From positions 1 to 63,134 of the IMG/VR virus record IMGVR_UViG_3300032677_000031: a stretch of 63,134 bases of DNA; one strand, written 5' to 3'. Of this stretch, positions 35,646 through 46,207 are shown piece after piece. Made by a program: the position numbers and the translations under genes. Under the pieces are notes generated by a model. The model was not told the DNA's origin and did no database searches. It was given only the letters and a program-made list of their open reading frames with translations. How positions within the stretch are numbered: the stretch's first letter is position 1; each line of letters starts with the position of its first letter. Source of the DNA: a virus (taxonomy: Duplodnaviria; Caudoviricetes).

Positions 35646-36914
35646 TTATGCAGTGTAGGTTCCGGGTCCTGTAAATTTCAACTCAACATAAGTTCTATTC
35701 GTTAATTGGTCAACTATCGTGCTTTCTGTGACAGGCCCAGAAATTTGCCCTGTGTATAGTTCGATTGGTATTTGAAGATAAATGACACCATCTGCCCCCC
35801 AAACACTTTGGGTTTGATTTCCCGCTAACCCCCCAGCCCCGCTCCCAGAATTGTCCTCTGGGCAACATTGATTTGTTGCAGGGTGGACAGTTTTACAATC
35901 CGGAATAATAGGTTGACCTTGGTTGTTTAATATCTGTGTATTGCCGCTTCCTCCACCGCCTTTACCCCCTTTACCGTAGGTTAAGACAAATTTACTAGGC
36001 AAACCATAGTATGCTGATGCGTATGCGGAACCGCCCCCTCCACCCGCAAAATATCTATCTTTCATTAACGAGTAAAATCCATCTGACCCATCGCCACCTG
36101 TAATAAATCCTCCCGTGGCTGGATACGGAGGAGGAGGATAAAATCCGAGTGCACTTGTTGGGGTTGTACCACTAGCACCTACTCCACCTCCCCCACCCCC
36201 AATCGTATAGACGTAATAATTATTTGAACCAAAAAAAGAATTGCCTCCAGAATTTAATTCGACAAAGTTTCCATCAACAACAGTACCCCCAATACTTGGA
36301 CCATATTTAAGTGCCCCAGCTGTACCACCTCCTCCGTTATACGGGATAACTAAATTTGACGGACCGCATTGATTTGTTCCGGTAACAGAAATACAACCAG
36401 AGCTATTACCTCCGGCACAAACTATAGTTGGGGTCTTATTCAACTCGCCAAACGTACTAGCCTCCCCCGACATTATTGGTATCTGCTGTGGGGTATACCA
36501 ATTAAACCCACCCCTACCTACATAAGCCGAATAAGTTACTCCAGAAAATAACCCAAACGATAAATTTTCATAAACTTGTCCTCCCCCACCCCCACCTATG
36601 ATTAAAAAATCCCATCCGTTTGGATTGGTAGAAGCTCCCCCTCCGCCAACAACCAATAACCTAGCGGCCACGGGATAGTACGTCGCAACAGAAGTTTGTA
36701 TATTACCTTGAGAAGACTTAGGTTGTAAAGAATTAGGGACAACCTTTTGCCTATCTATAGAGTTACCACAAACAACACAAGGCAAACACCCAGCCACGGG
36801 GCTTTTAAGCGGAACCGAAGAATACAGCGGCACAATTTGATCATTTCCATACGGAGAAGAATACTCGTTTGGGTAATACGGAACTGAGATAGAAGCTGTG
36901 GATATGGATGGCAT
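35646..36914 (-). CDS. glycine-rich tail fibre/appendage protein
   Basis: LLVVGGGGA...GGGGGG...FAGGGGG...GADGVIY glycine-rich domain; AT-rich DNA. Confidence 0.65.
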   Translation of the reverse strand: MPSISTASISVPYYPNEYSSPYGNDQIVPLYSSVPLKSPVAGCLPCVVCGNSIDRQKVVPNSLQPKSSQGNIQTSVATYYPVAARLLVVGGGGASTNPNGWDFLIIGGGGGGQVYENLSFGLFSGVTYSAYVGRGGFNWYTPQQIPIMSGEASTFGELNKTPTIVCAGGNSSGCISVTGTNQCGPSNLVIPYNGGGGTAGALKYGPSIGGTVVDGNFVELNSGGNSFFGSNNYYVYTIGGGGGGVGASGTTPTSALGFYPPPPYPATGGFITGGDGSDGFYSLMKDRYFAGGGGGSAYASAYYGLPSKFVLTYGKGGKGGGGSGNTQILNNQGQPIIPDCKTVHPATNQCCPEDNSGSGAGGLAGNQTQSVWGADGVIYLQIPIELYTGQISGPVTESTIVDQLTNRTYVELKFTGPGTYTA

Positions 36915-36918
36915 GTGT

Positions 36919-37158
36919 TTAGGTAAGAATTATGACCGTTTTGCTTGCCATAAGCCCAAATTGAAGGTTGCTAGAATCTACAATTACTTGATTCCGTACA
37001 ATCGAATCACCGCATACAATACAATCAAGGCATCCCTCAACCGGGCTTTTCAAAGGCATCGACGAGTACAAAGGGGTAATCCCGTCATTTCCGTACGGGC
37101 TTACAAATTTGTTGGGGTAGTTTGTTACCGCAACACTGGCGTCCGCTATTGTAGGCAT
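36919..37158 (-). CDS. small tail protein, paralogous to the N-terminus of 35646..36914
   Basis: YPN...SPYGND.I.PLYSS.PLKSPV.GCL.C.VCG shared. Confidence 0.7.
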   Translation of the reverse strand: MPTIADASVAVTNYPNKFVSPYGNDGITPLYSSMPLKSPVEGCLDCIVCGDSIVRNQVIVDSSNLQFGLMASKTVIILT

Positions 37159-37161
37159 AGC

Positions 37162-39297
37162 TTAACAAGGGTTAGCCTGACGATATTTCGTTACCGCAGC
37201 CGAAGCGGCTTGGCTAGCCAAAGTAGCTGCCTGCTCTTGGGCGTTAGCAAAAGAAACAAAGGATTGAGCAGAAGCTGTTGCGGTTGCGGACACATCAAAA
37301 ACGCTACTCCCAGCTCCGCAGGAACTGGTAATTGTCCTAGTTTCAGTGGCGTACCAAGATTGTTTATTATAGTCAGGCTGATCGTATGGGCTCGGGAGCA
37401 AATCAACAGAATCGCTACTGCCATCCTCAGCAATCACACAGGGTACTGTTTCGTTAGCCTCTGGCTTACCCGTTGACTTTTCTTGATACGGATCCATGAA
37501 GCAACGCACAGCTTCAATACCTAATTCTCCGCACCACTCAATTAGGAACCCAAACGCTTTGTCGATGTCGGGGGAATAAGTTGACTCGCACGAGGAAACG
37601 TTAGCTTTGCGTTGGATTTCTTCCGTGATCAATCGACGGTATTGGGTACGAAGTATTCCGTAATTTGAAATCTGCCCCGAGAGTGGGGTGTTTTCGTATT
37701 GATAGGCATCAGTAACCGCAAGCAGTCGGGTGTTTAGGATCTGTTGATATGCCCCTTTGCTTCCTTTGTAGGAAACACGGACGTCGCAAGTTCCGCCAAG
37801 CTGTGTGCATTCCACTTCGGCATACTTTAGCTGTTTGACGTCCATCCCATCTCCCAAAAGACCGGTCTCCGCTTGGCAATAAATCCTGCTATACTTTGTC
37901 GTTGTCGTGCCATCGGGGTTGATCTGCAAATAGCTATCAACGCGGTCAGGCAAGAAAGATTCCCACAGATGGTTAAAGGATCCGTCGTTGGTAGAGACAT
38001 AATCAACCGACAGGTGAAAAATTCGTGGCTGTTTATCAACGATCCCACTGATCCACTCGATCGGCCTTGTTCCGTTCCAGACGCCAGACCACGCCGGGAT
38101 TTGACCCTGTGAAAGTTCACTGGCAGGGGCATAATCGAGCACCATTGTGGCGCTTGGAATAGGCTCGAGATACGGAACAGAAACTAGCAGATAATTTTCA
38201 AAAGCAGCAGAACATACGCTAGTAAGATTACTAGGAGTAAAACGTTTGACTTTTGCCATTTCGACATCTTTATAAAGAACTTGGGATGAGAGATAAGAAG
38301 TAGCTGCTACGTTGGCATTTACTAAACCGCCTTGAGAGTACCACCACAATAGCCCCGCTTGAAAGGTAATTGATTTACCGGCAATGCACCCAACCGTTGG
38401 AAAAAAGGTATTTTGGAAATTGGAAGTAGAAATCCATTGCGCCCGGTCTAAAACTCCACTGGCAAGCGAGTAGGTAGCCCTATCCGAAAACACTACAAGG
38501 CGTGTGTCATTGTTCTGCCCTACATAATCTACCATGCCAGTCACAGGGCGGGGGAAGGTAAAATCTCCGCGGCCTGAGCCAGACTTTCTTTCGGACCACC
38601 CAAGAGGATTCCCAAGGTCAGAAGCGTATACAATGTTTCCACTTGATACCCAGAGCCGGTTTCCTGAGAAAGCCATCCAATAACCAATTGGCATGTCGGG
38701 GGATTGTCCTCCTAATTTGTCGCTTCCATCCCAATATCCCGGCTTGCTAACCCCATCTTGAACAACCAAAAGACGATTTGCTGGGGTGACCGTTACGTCC
38801 CCGCCAGCACTTAAAGAAGCCGTCTGAGTAGCAATTGTAAACACAACCTCGGAGGCACTAGGGTCTAACTGTATGCCGGAGAGCTTGTAATTTTCCCAAT
38901 TGTCGGGTTGGGTCAGCGGGAATGGGGCAAAATAAACAGAACCTCCGACAGCAAAAACAATATAGGGAAGCTCACTGGCAAAAGAAGGAGTCCCGTCGTA
39001 ATTGTAGATTGTGGCTTGGTTTGTGGAAGTACCCCCGGAAGTTACCGTAGTCGAAGAAGCTTTGTATTGACGGTTGGCAGAGAAAAAAATGCCGCCCTGC
39101 AGATTTCCCGGAGGCAAAGAAAGTTTCATTCCTTGACCGGGACGGGTCTGAACAATACCTCCTCGGATGGCTACGTTGACACCCCACTTGAGTTGCTCGG
39201 CAGGAAGATTCCAAGGGTTGCGTACCGAGTTTATCCCGTGTAGCCAACCCGCTGTAATTTTTTCTTGCCGTCCCGCAGTTATGTTGGGGGATTTCAT
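37162..39297 (-). CDS. tail nozzle/stabilisation protein (tail tubular B-like)
   Basis: Start MKSPNIT; beta-rich, NRLWV...YASD, GCIA..SI; podovirus gene order. Confidence 0.65.
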   Translation of the reverse strand: MKSPNITAGRQEKITAGWLHGINSVRNPWNLPAEQLKWGVNVAIRGGIVQTRPGQGMKLSLPPGNLQGGIFFSANRQYKASSTTVTSGGTSTNQATIYNYDGTPSFASELPYIVFAVGGSVYFAPFPLTQPDNWENYKLSGIQLDPSASEVVFTIATQTASLSAGGDVTVTPANRLLVVQDGVSKPGYWDGSDKLGGQSPDMPIGYWMAFSGNRLWVSSGNIVYASDLGNPLGWSERKSGSGRGDFTFPRPVTGMVDYVGQNNDTRLVVFSDRATYSLASGVLDRAQWISTSNFQNTFFPTVGCIAGKSITFQAGLLWWYSQGGLVNANVAATSYLSSQVLYKDVEMAKVKRFTPSNLTSVCSAAFENYLLVSVPYLEPIPSATMVLDYAPASELSQGQIPAWSGVWNGTRPIEWISGIVDKQPRIFHLSVDYVSTNDGSFNHLWESFLPDRVDSYLQINPDGTTTTKYSRIYCQAETGLLGDGMDVKQLKYAEVECTQLGGTCDVRVSYKGSKGAYQQILNTRLLAVTDAYQYENTPLSGQISNYGILRTQYRRLITEEIQRKANVSSCESTYSPDIDKAFGFLIEWCGELGIEAVRCFMDPYQEKSTGKPEANETVPCVIAEDGSSDSVDLLPSPYDQPDYNKQSWYATETRTITSSCGAGSSVFDVSATATASAQSFVSFANAQEQAATLASQAASAAVTKYRQANPC

Positions 39298-39299
39298 TC

Positions 39300-42200
39300 T
39301 TAATACGTATCGTAATAGTCGTAGGCTCCCCATCCAGACTCAATGACTGGGTCGGATTTGTCACCGTATACCAGATTATTTACCTGAATAGGCTCGATTG
39401 CGTGCCCGTCCATGCTGGTCTGCTGGTTACGCAGGTAACCAAAAGCCAGCTGCCAGTATTTCATGGCCTGATCGCTAAAATCTTTATCCTCGAGGTCGAT
39501 TGCGTGTACCGCTGCCAAAATTGCACGTTCCTGTTCGACGGGAATGTAGTCGTAAATACTAGTAATGGTCGGGTGTTTTACCCGGTAAATGATTCGAGCC
39601 CAAGCGCACTTTTGGCCGACGCGGATGCGGCGATACATAGGATTGGTTTCACTTGGGTGATATTGACCGATCAACGCCATGTCGTTGCTGCGACCGTAAT
39701 CGTACGCGTAAAGGCTGACATAACCTTGGGTGACGGGCTTATCCACGTGATAGACAGCTTTTACAAAAGTTGGGTCTTCAACCGCATCGAGAATGAAAGT
39801 GCTGGCGCTGGTATTTCCTACCGTCGTGAAGGTAATTAACCCCGTGTTGTTTGGTACGTGGTTTACGATATTGTTTGCGTGCGCCAACGTGTCAAACAAT
39901 TGGATTGTCTGAGGATCCAACAATCGAACGTAATATGTAGTACCGGCGGTTAAATTCGGATCAAGGATGTCTCCGGTAACGGGACGGGGCACAACGGCTG
40001 TTCCCGTTGAGAAAAATGCGTTTGTTAAGGTAATCGTATTCGGCGCCACTGGGGTAAACTGACGAATTACTTCCAAGGATAACTGCCCCACACCTAAACT
40101 AGTGAATGCCTGCAAGGTAGTCCCCGTGGAGTCATACACCTGAACATACGATCCGTTGATTTGAATTGTGTAATTTGTAGAAGCAGTGAGCGGAGCCGGT
40201 AATGTTCCCGTAGTAGTAAACTGAACCGTCTCCCCATTCTGCAGATATTGCAGAGAGCTCAAAGAAACTAAATTGTTGTAGCTTACAGCAGTGGCGCTTT
40301 CTTGGATCGCGTAATAAGATTGTCCCGTACCAAGCTGGCTAATGGTAACCAAAGTAGTCAAACCTGCGTCTGAATAAATTTGAGCCGTAGTATTGGTAAG
40401 AGGTTTGATATAAAATTCAGTAATACCGTTGTCGATCGTCGGGGAGGTAATAGGCAACAAATAATCGGTACCAAAATAAATTCCCGTTCCGCTGGATACC
40501 CCAAGAAAATCTCCTGCCCAAACGTTGGTAAATCCGATGTAGAAAGTACGGCTGATTGTAAGATAAAGCTGCCCGCTTCCTACGCTTGTTAAATTTATGG
40601 GGCTGTAATCATCATTAACCAACGTGAACGAGTTTGTTCCACTAGGCGCTTCTGCCCTATAAGTCACTCCATCCTGAAGGGGAGCGGGAAGAGTTCCTGT
40701 CGTAGAGAAAGAAACGAGAATACCTGTCGAAGGGGTTACCGTCACTACGGGAGCAACGTTGTATCCGGTTCCCTCGGAAACTATTGTAACCGAGCTGACT
40801 ACTCCATTTGCAATTGTGCAATACGCGGCGGCATTAGCTCCGCCTCCCCCAGCAAAGTTAACGGTTGGTGCCGAGGTATATCCAGAACCTCCATTTGTAA
40901 TATAAATTGCCGTAACAACTCCCCCAGAAACTGAGGCCGTTGCCGAAGCTCCGGTTCCACCTCCACCATTTGTGAAAGAAATTGTAGGGGCGGTTGTATA
41001 TCCGGTTCCACCGTTAGAAACGGTGATCTGGTTTACCGCTCCGTCAGAAATTCCCGTAGTGGCCACTGGAACGGTTTGGCCCGGGGATACGGTTGGGAAC
41101 GAAATCGAAGGGGGTACCGTATATCCGCTGCCTCCATTTACGATGTTGTACTGAGTTACAAAAGAAGTCGTAATGCTTGCGGTAGCCGCGGCATTAGAAC
41201 CTCCCCCACCTGAAAAAACTACCGTTGGGTTAGAAGTATACCCTTGCCCGGGCTGATCAAGAACTACTGCAATAACGGTCTGGTATTGAGAAGTACCAGA
41301 AACTGTTCCGACAATAGCATGTGCGGTTGCTCCGTAACCACCCCCACCGGTAATGGTAACCGAAGGGGCGGATGTGTAACCACTTCCAACATTGGAAATA
41401 GTTAAAGAAATAACCGGACCTGAGACAACGGCATTTATTGTAGCCCCCGAACCGGTAGCGGTAGGCAAAGAAAATCCGGGAGCTGTAATCTGGCTAGTCT
41501 TGCCGGTCTGTGCCGTTGCGGGGATTAACTTGTTAAGTGTATTCTGTCCAGAGCCCGAAGTGGTCAGGATAATTGGATTATTACCGCTGGTTGCATCGGC
41601 GGCTGAGGTATGCAAAACAATGGTCAGCGAGTCGATGACTTGCACGTAATAATTCTGAGCTTCTACCAAAGGCTGTGGGAGGGTTCCGCCGTTTGTGTAA
41701 GCCTGAACTACATCACCGGTCGCAAAAAGATGGGGTAGATTAAATTTAATTTCCGTAATTGGGGCGATTGTTTTACGCAGCTGTATGTTAAAAGTAGAGG
41801 TACTGCCCGTTAAATAAATTGGGTTGGTTTGGCTTTGAGCGTCTGCAACTGTTGAAAAAATTTGGAGATGTGTTGAGTCAAGAACGTTTGCAAAATACGT
41901 AACCCCGGATACTAAAGGCGATGGAAGTGGGCTCCCTGAGAAAACAACTTCGTTACCGGAGTTAAGCGTGATGGTAGGCGCCGAAGATAATTGAACCGCG
42001 GTTACCAAACTAGCGTTTCGCTGGTCGGTAAGGGTCAATGTCCCTGCGCCGGCAATGCTAATCAAATTGATTGGGTACTCCCCGCTCTGAGCGTACAGAG
42101 GATCGTTGTATAGCTGGATAGTGGTAGGGTTGACAACGCCGACGTAGTATTGATCAGAAACGGTAAGCCCCGTTGGCACCGTGCCGGTAGCCGAACTCAA

Positions 42201-42821
42201 GATCATTGCCTGACCAGAGCTCAATTTGTGAGCAGAGGAAGAAGAAAACTCGTTGAACGGGGTAATTGCTACGTCCCGGGTTACGATTGTGTTTCCGTCT
42301 GGAACGATTGTTCCGAGTTGGAAATCAGACTGGCTATGTACCTGAACAAGCAGACCATCAACACCGGTTCCATCTGGAAGCTGTGTACGAAGTTCTCGAT
42401 TGTTGTTATCCGTACCCACCAAACGAAGCGTCTTTCCTACGTCAGCGTCAGATTCTGCAACCGCAATAACCTGAGCTGGCTGGCGGATGTCCATCTGGGT
42501 GGCAACAAACCCGCGGTCGTCCCAGCACCATCCAACGGTGTTGTACATACCACCCTTGTTGACGTTGTATTGGAACAGACGTCCGCGGAAGTACAGGGGA
42601 GATCCGTCAATGTTGACGGCAAGAGGAACTTCGATTCCTCGAGGCAGAGTTATTGTGCAGCCGTCCCAGCCAGTGCAGACATCGACTTCAGCTTGGGTAT
42701 GAAACCAGTGACCAGACTCCATAAGAGCCTGTACTGCTTGCGTAAGCTTACGAAAAACCTTGCTCTGGTCAGTCGTCCCAAGGATTTCAGAAGCCTCGTC
42801 AAATATCTGCGAGACGAACAT
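39300..42821 (-). CDS. head-tail adaptor/tail tubular A-like protein with a large repetitive insertion
   Basis: Globular termini flanking LP.PL....TYY...IQL and GGSGYTSAP.V repeats; Ser/Thr-rich. Confidence 0.55.
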   Translation of the reverse strand: MFVSQIFDEASEILGTTDQSKVFRKLTQAVQALMESGHWFHTQAEVDVCTGWDGCTITLPRGIEVPLAVNIDGSPLYFRGRLFQYNVNKGGMYNTVGWCWDDRGFVATQMDIRQPAQVIAVAESDADVGKTLRLVGTDNNNRELRTQLPDGTGVDGLLVQVHSQSDFQLGTIVPDGNTIVTRDVAITPFNEFSSSSAHKLSSGQAMILSSATGTVPTGLTVSDQYYVGVVNPTTIQLYNDPLYAQSGEYPINLISIAGAGTLTLTDQRNASLVTAVQLSSAPTITLNSGNEVVFSGSPLPSPLVSGVTYFANVLDSTHLQIFSTVADAQSQTNPIYLTGSTSTFNIQLRKTIAPITEIKFNLPHLFATGDVVQAYTNGGTLPQPLVEAQNYYVQVIDSLTIVLHTSAADATSGNNPIILTTSGSGQNTLNKLIPATAQTGKTSQITAPGFSLPTATGSGATINAVVSGPVISLTISNVGSGYTSAPSVTITGGGGYGATAHAIVGTVSGTSQYQTVIAVVLDQPGQGYTSNPTVVFSGGGGSNAAATASITTSFVTQYNIVNGGSGYTVPPSISFPTVSPGQTVPVATTGISDGAVNQITVSNGGTGYTTAPTISFTNGGGGTGASATASVSGGVVTAIYITNGGSGYTSAPTVNFAGGGGANAAAYCTIANGVVSSVTIVSEGTGYNVAPVVTVTPSTGILVSFSTTGTLPAPLQDGVTYRAEAPSGTNSFTLVNDDYSPINLTSVGSGQLYLTISRTFYIGFTNVWAGDFLGVSSGTGIYFGTDYLLPITSPTIDNGITEFYIKPLTNTTAQIYSDAGLTTLVTISQLGTGQSYYAIQESATAVSYNNLVSLSSLQYLQNGETVQFTTTGTLPAPLTASTNYTIQINGSYVQVYDSTGTTLQAFTSLGVGQLSLEVIRQFTPVAPNTITLTNAFFSTGTAVVPRPVTGDILDPNLTAGTTYYVRLLDPQTIQLFDTLAHANNIVNHVPNNTGLITFTTVGNTSASTFILDAVEDPTFVKAVYHVDKPVTQGYVSLYAYDYGRSNDMALIGQYHPSETNPMYRRIRVGQKCAWARIIYRVKHPTITSIYDYIPVEQERAILAAVHAIDLEDKDFSDQAMKYWQLAFGYLRNQQTSMDGHAIEPIQVNNLVYGDKSDPVIESGWGAYDYYDTY

Positions 42822-42830
42822 GAGGTGTTT

Positions 42831-43175
42831 TTACCTCTTATTTCCTTCCTCGGCAATACCTTTTAGGAAATCATCGTCGCTAGGACCCTCGGAAGCCTCA
42901 GGTGCTGCAGCGGGCGCTGCTGCAGGTGCAGGAGCGGCGCCCCCTTGAGCCTGAGCCTCGACACCTTGCTTGAGCTGGTCAAGACCTTGGGCGAGCTGAG
43001 TCACGAGCTGATGAATTGCGTCGAAGGCAGCCTTGGGCATGTTAACCATAACCGAACCGTCTTGTCCGCCGGCAGGGGCAGCAGGAGCGGCCATGTCAGG
43101 AGACATAGCGGGGCTGTTATCGGTAGGGGTGGTTGCAGCCCGCTCGGAAGGAGGCATGGTAGGGTCGTTTGCCAT
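42831..43175 (-). CDS. Ala/Pro-rich hypothetical protein
   Basis: 114-aa ORF in operon. Confidence 0.65.
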   Translation of the reverse strand: MANDPTMPPSERAATTPTDNSPAMSPDMAAPAAPAGGQDGSVMVNMPKAAFDAIHQLVTQLAQGLDQLKQGVEAQAQGGAAPAPAAAPAAAPEASEGPSDDDFLKGIAEEGNKR

Positions 43176-43179
43176 AAAA

Positions 43180-43614
43180 TTATGCTTTGTCTTCTGGGGT
43201 TTCGGATTCTGCGGCGAGAAGTCCCTTCTCGATTGAGTCTTCTGGGTTTTCCTTTGCCACGTCGCGGGTCATTTTCTCCTCGCTCTGTGCTTCAGTGATG
43301 GGCTTGATTCCGTGAATCTGAATGCCGACGCGGTGACGGGTCTCGTGCTTTCCATGACGGGTCTCGTGATGGGTGCTCTCAGAAACTTTCTTGAAGTGGA
43401 TGTGAGCGGTACCGTGCTTAGGGAGATGCTTGATCAAGTGCTCAGCGTGCTCGCCCTCGAAGTGAAGCTCAGGATAATAAACCTTAGGCTCTTCGTGATT
43501 CTTGTGAGCTGCAGCGGAAGCGTCAACGGCGTGCATTCCGTGCATTTTGTGCATGTCCTCGCCGAGGTGCGTAAAGCCCTCGGGAACTTCTTGATTTTCG
43601 GTTTCGTATCCCAT
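43180..43614 (-). CDS. His/Glu-rich hypothetical protein
   Basis: 144 aa, many His. Confidence 0.65.
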   Translation of the reverse strand: MGYETENQEVPEGFTHLGEDMHKMHGMHAVDASAAAHKNHEEPKVYYPELHFEGEHAEHLIKHLPKHGTAHIHFKKVSESTHHETRHGKHETRHRVGIQIHGIKPITEAQSEEKMTRDVAKENPEDSIEKGLLAAESETPEDKA

Positions 43615-43639
43615 AAGTGGCGGTAGTTGTAGTTGGTTT

Positions 43640-44662
43640 TTAGAAAATTACAATACTAAAAGGTTCTGCGGTTGCAGCGGATCCGCTGAACGTTCTAACC
43701 GTAATCGTGTTCGTCGTAGGAACCTCGGTAGCAGCATATCCGCTTGTCGTCGGACCCTGTGGGGTCACAAGAATAACGTTAGAAGCAGAAACTCCAGTGC
43801 AGGTCAGCGTGAAAACACCGCTTGAAGGAGATCCCCCGGTAATTGTAAGCCCGACGTTATTTGAAACGACGCCTGCGGCGGAAACGTTGGCAAAAGCTTT
43901 TGGTAAGATTGAAGCAAGTGCAGATCCTGCATAAGCCGCTGAGGCCGTAGCTGAATTACCAGAGCAAGCTGCTGCAGTTGTAGCAGTCGCTGCATTACCC
44001 GAGCAAGCTGCTGCAGTCGTGGCGGAGGAAGCATTGCCAGAAAGCGCAGCCGTAATGGTTCCGGCTGAGAAATTGCCCGATGCGTCTCTCAGCACAATCG
44101 TGGAAGCCGTATTAGCCGTTGCGGGGGCTCCGGCAAGGGCGGCATTTGAAACTGATCCGGTTGGTAGGGTAACCGTTCCGGTAGCCGTAAGGTTTGTGCC
44201 CGAAAGATTGCCTGTCGTCGTGATATTTCCGCTGGCGTCAATAGTTCCGCTTGGGAACGTAGTGATACCCGTAAGGGTAGGGGCAGTTAAAGTTTTGTTT
44301 GTCAGGGTCTGTGTACCTGTCAAAGTTACAAAAGTAGGAATCTGGGTTCCCTCGAGATAATTAAAGGCACGGATTAGGTAGCAAAGAAGACCTTCGCCCG
44401 TGTTTCTGGGTAACCCTGTAATCTGTGCAGTGTTGTTAGGATCGCAAGCGATATTCCAAACGATACGGCCATTGACAACAGTCTTGGTAATAAAACCGGT
44501 CTGAGTCGAGGGATTGTAAAACGCCCCATAGAGAGCAGTCGTCAGGTTGTCAATCAGCGAAGGAACAGACTCGTGGGATACCTGAGGGTATGGAACATCG
44601 GGGCAGCAAGCTCCGTAGTAAGCATTTCCGTCAGAGTAAGAGTTATTGCATCCGCAAGACAT
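43640..44662 (-). CDS. tail fibre protein
   Basis: QTLTNKTLT, LRDASGNFSAGTITAALSGNA, repeated ATTAAACSGNA. Confidence 0.7.
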   Translation of the reverse strand: MSCGCNNSYSDGNAYYGACCPDVPYPQVSHESVPSLIDNLTTALYGAFYNPSTQTGFITKTVVNGRIVWNIACDPNNTAQITGLPRNTGEGLLCYLIRAFNYLEGTQIPTFVTLTGTQTLTNKTLTAPTLTGITTFPSGTIDASGNITTTGNLSGTNLTATGTVTLPTGSVSNAALAGAPATANTASTIVLRDASGNFSAGTITAALSGNASSATTAAACSGNAATATTAAACSGNSATASAAYAGSALASILPKAFANVSAAGVVSNNVGLTITGGSPSSGVFTLTCTGVSASNVILVTPQGPTTSGYAATEVPTTNTITVRTFSGSAATAEPFSIVIF

Positions 44663-44672
44663 AGGCAGTAAA

Positions 44673-44701
44673 AGTTTGGACTAAAGTGCTTTGTTTGTCA
44701 G
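44673..44701 (-). promoter_or_regulatory. sigma70-like promoter
   Basis: CTGACA-17 nt-CAAACT. Confidence 0.35.
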
Positions 44702-44718
44702 CCGTTGTAAAGCAATTT

Positions 44719-45711
44719 CTACAACAGCTTCCCGTCGAGGATTCGTTTATTGTGTACATGGAAGCTTCCATCCCCAGAAAACTCAACCGCGGCTCCTCCG
44801 TGCGACCATTTATTCAGTCGGGCGTAGGCCGGGTGAAGCTCACAGAGGCACCCAAGTGACCAGCAGGTGATCATCTCCCCTGAGAGCGTGCTCTCGGTAT
44901 GCTCGGATACTTGGTGATGGTGATTGACAAGGGCTGTCTCCTTGGTGCGGAGGAACAAACCGCGGGCAGCATTGACCGGACCGAGCACAGGAGTTGGGTA
45001 TTCATGTCCGTGGATGACCGACAGACCGGATTTCCCGCCCAACTTAATGATCCGCTTGTCCTTCACAAGCTCGATACCAAAATTAGCAAGCTTGAAGATG
45101 CTTTCATACCCAAGCTCATCTAAGTCCAGCAGCTCTGGAGCTTTCAAGGCCAAATAGATGTCTTGACGCTCCTCGTGATTCCCCAATTTCCAGATAATCC
45201 GTGCTTTCGGGAACAGCTTGCGAAGAACTTTGAAGAACTCAATCGTAGCATTGCGCTCGCCGGCTAGGCTACGGGCTTTTGGGTCACGTACAAACCGGGA
45301 CAGACTATGGTAGTCAACGAGGTCTCCGTTGATGAGGATCAAATCGGGGTTACGCTTTTTGAGCCACTGAAAATAAGCCGTGCAGCCGGCAATGCTGTGA
45401 TAGGGAATGTGGACATCCCCGAAAATTCCAGCTGTGCCGGATCCTTCAATAATAAACGGCTCCCAGATAGACTCATCGCTTTCTGGAAGGCCAAGCGGAT
45501 TGTTTGGTTTTTGGTTCTCACGAGGGATCGTAGCTCTCTTTGCATGTTCTTTCCCACAAGCTCCGCGAACATATCGCACAACTGCTCGAGCGGACTCAAG
45601 AGTCATAAAGCTTTCGGGATGGTCGGAAAACAAACGCCTTGCAAGCGTGAGTGAGGGGCTGTTGGGGAATCTACGGATGAGGTCTTCTGCCAGTTGCTTT
45701 AGGTTTTTCAT
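44719..45711 (-). CDS. calcineurin-like metallophosphoesterase
   Basis: DVHIP, NGDLVD, GNHE, HGHE, NHHH. Confidence 0.85.
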   Translation of the reverse strand: MKNLKQLAEDLIRRFPNSPSLTLARRLFSDHPESFMTLESARAVVRYVRGACGKEHAKRATIPRENQKPNNPLGLPESDESIWEPFIIEGSGTAGIFGDVHIPYHSIAGCTAYFQWLKKRNPDLILINGDLVDYHSLSRFVRDPKARSLAGERNATIEFFKVLRKLFPKARIIWKLGNHEERQDIYLALKAPELLDLDELGYESIFKLANFGIELVKDKRIIKLGGKSGLSVIHGHEYPTPVLGPVNAARGLFLRTKETALVNHHHQVSEHTESTLSGEMITCWSLGCLCELHPAYARLNKWSHGGAAVEFSGDGSFHVHNKRILDGKLL

Positions 45712-45715
45712 GGTT

Positions 45716-46207
45716 TTATGTGTTGAGGTTGATGCCGAAGAATCGCGCTTCATCTACAATACGATTAGTCCATCCGTCAAGATATATTTTCGAGGCAGGT
45801 CGTTTTTCTACAATTTTTTTGAATACGTTAATCTCGTCTTCCATGAATTGTTTTGCCCCGACAGTCCGGTGCCAGATCAAATTTGCCTGAGCCCTTCCGC
45901 TCATCGTAGCGCAATTAAAATAGCACTCCCCAACTTGTTTTGGCATGTTCTCGATCCCGTCAATTTGCCAGTGACGCCAATAGATGCTGACTGCTTGAGA
46001 CTTCGAGAGTTGATCAATCATGGCGTCGGTCATATTCCACGGGGCTTCGCGATGCTCTCCGAGATCAATTCCGTAACGTGTCGTACCGCCCGGATCATTC
46101 GGATCTCGTTCGGTCACAACATATCGGTCGTCGCCCCAGTGACCTTTTTTATAGGCCGTCTCATGGTTCAGGATGAACGGTATGAAAGCGTTAAAACGTG
46201 GAGTCAC
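45716..46207 (-). CDS. endolysin, GH108-like
   Basis: ILNHE...DPNDPGGTTRYGI...IY...W...GWTNR. Confidence 0.75.
   Translation of the reverse strand: MTPRFNAFIPFILNHETAYKKGHWGDDRYVVTERDPNDPGGTTRYGIDLGEHREAPWNMTDAMIDQLSKSQAVSIYWRHWQIDGIENMPKQVGECYFNCATMSGRAQANLIWHRTVGAKQFMEDEINVFKKIVEKRPASKIYLDGWTNRIVDEARFFGINLNT

Noticed and set aside
35646-37158. Diversity-generating retroelement TR/VR pair
   Set aside because: No reverse transcriptase; the duplication is an N-terminal protein-level paralogy, not adenine-specific variation
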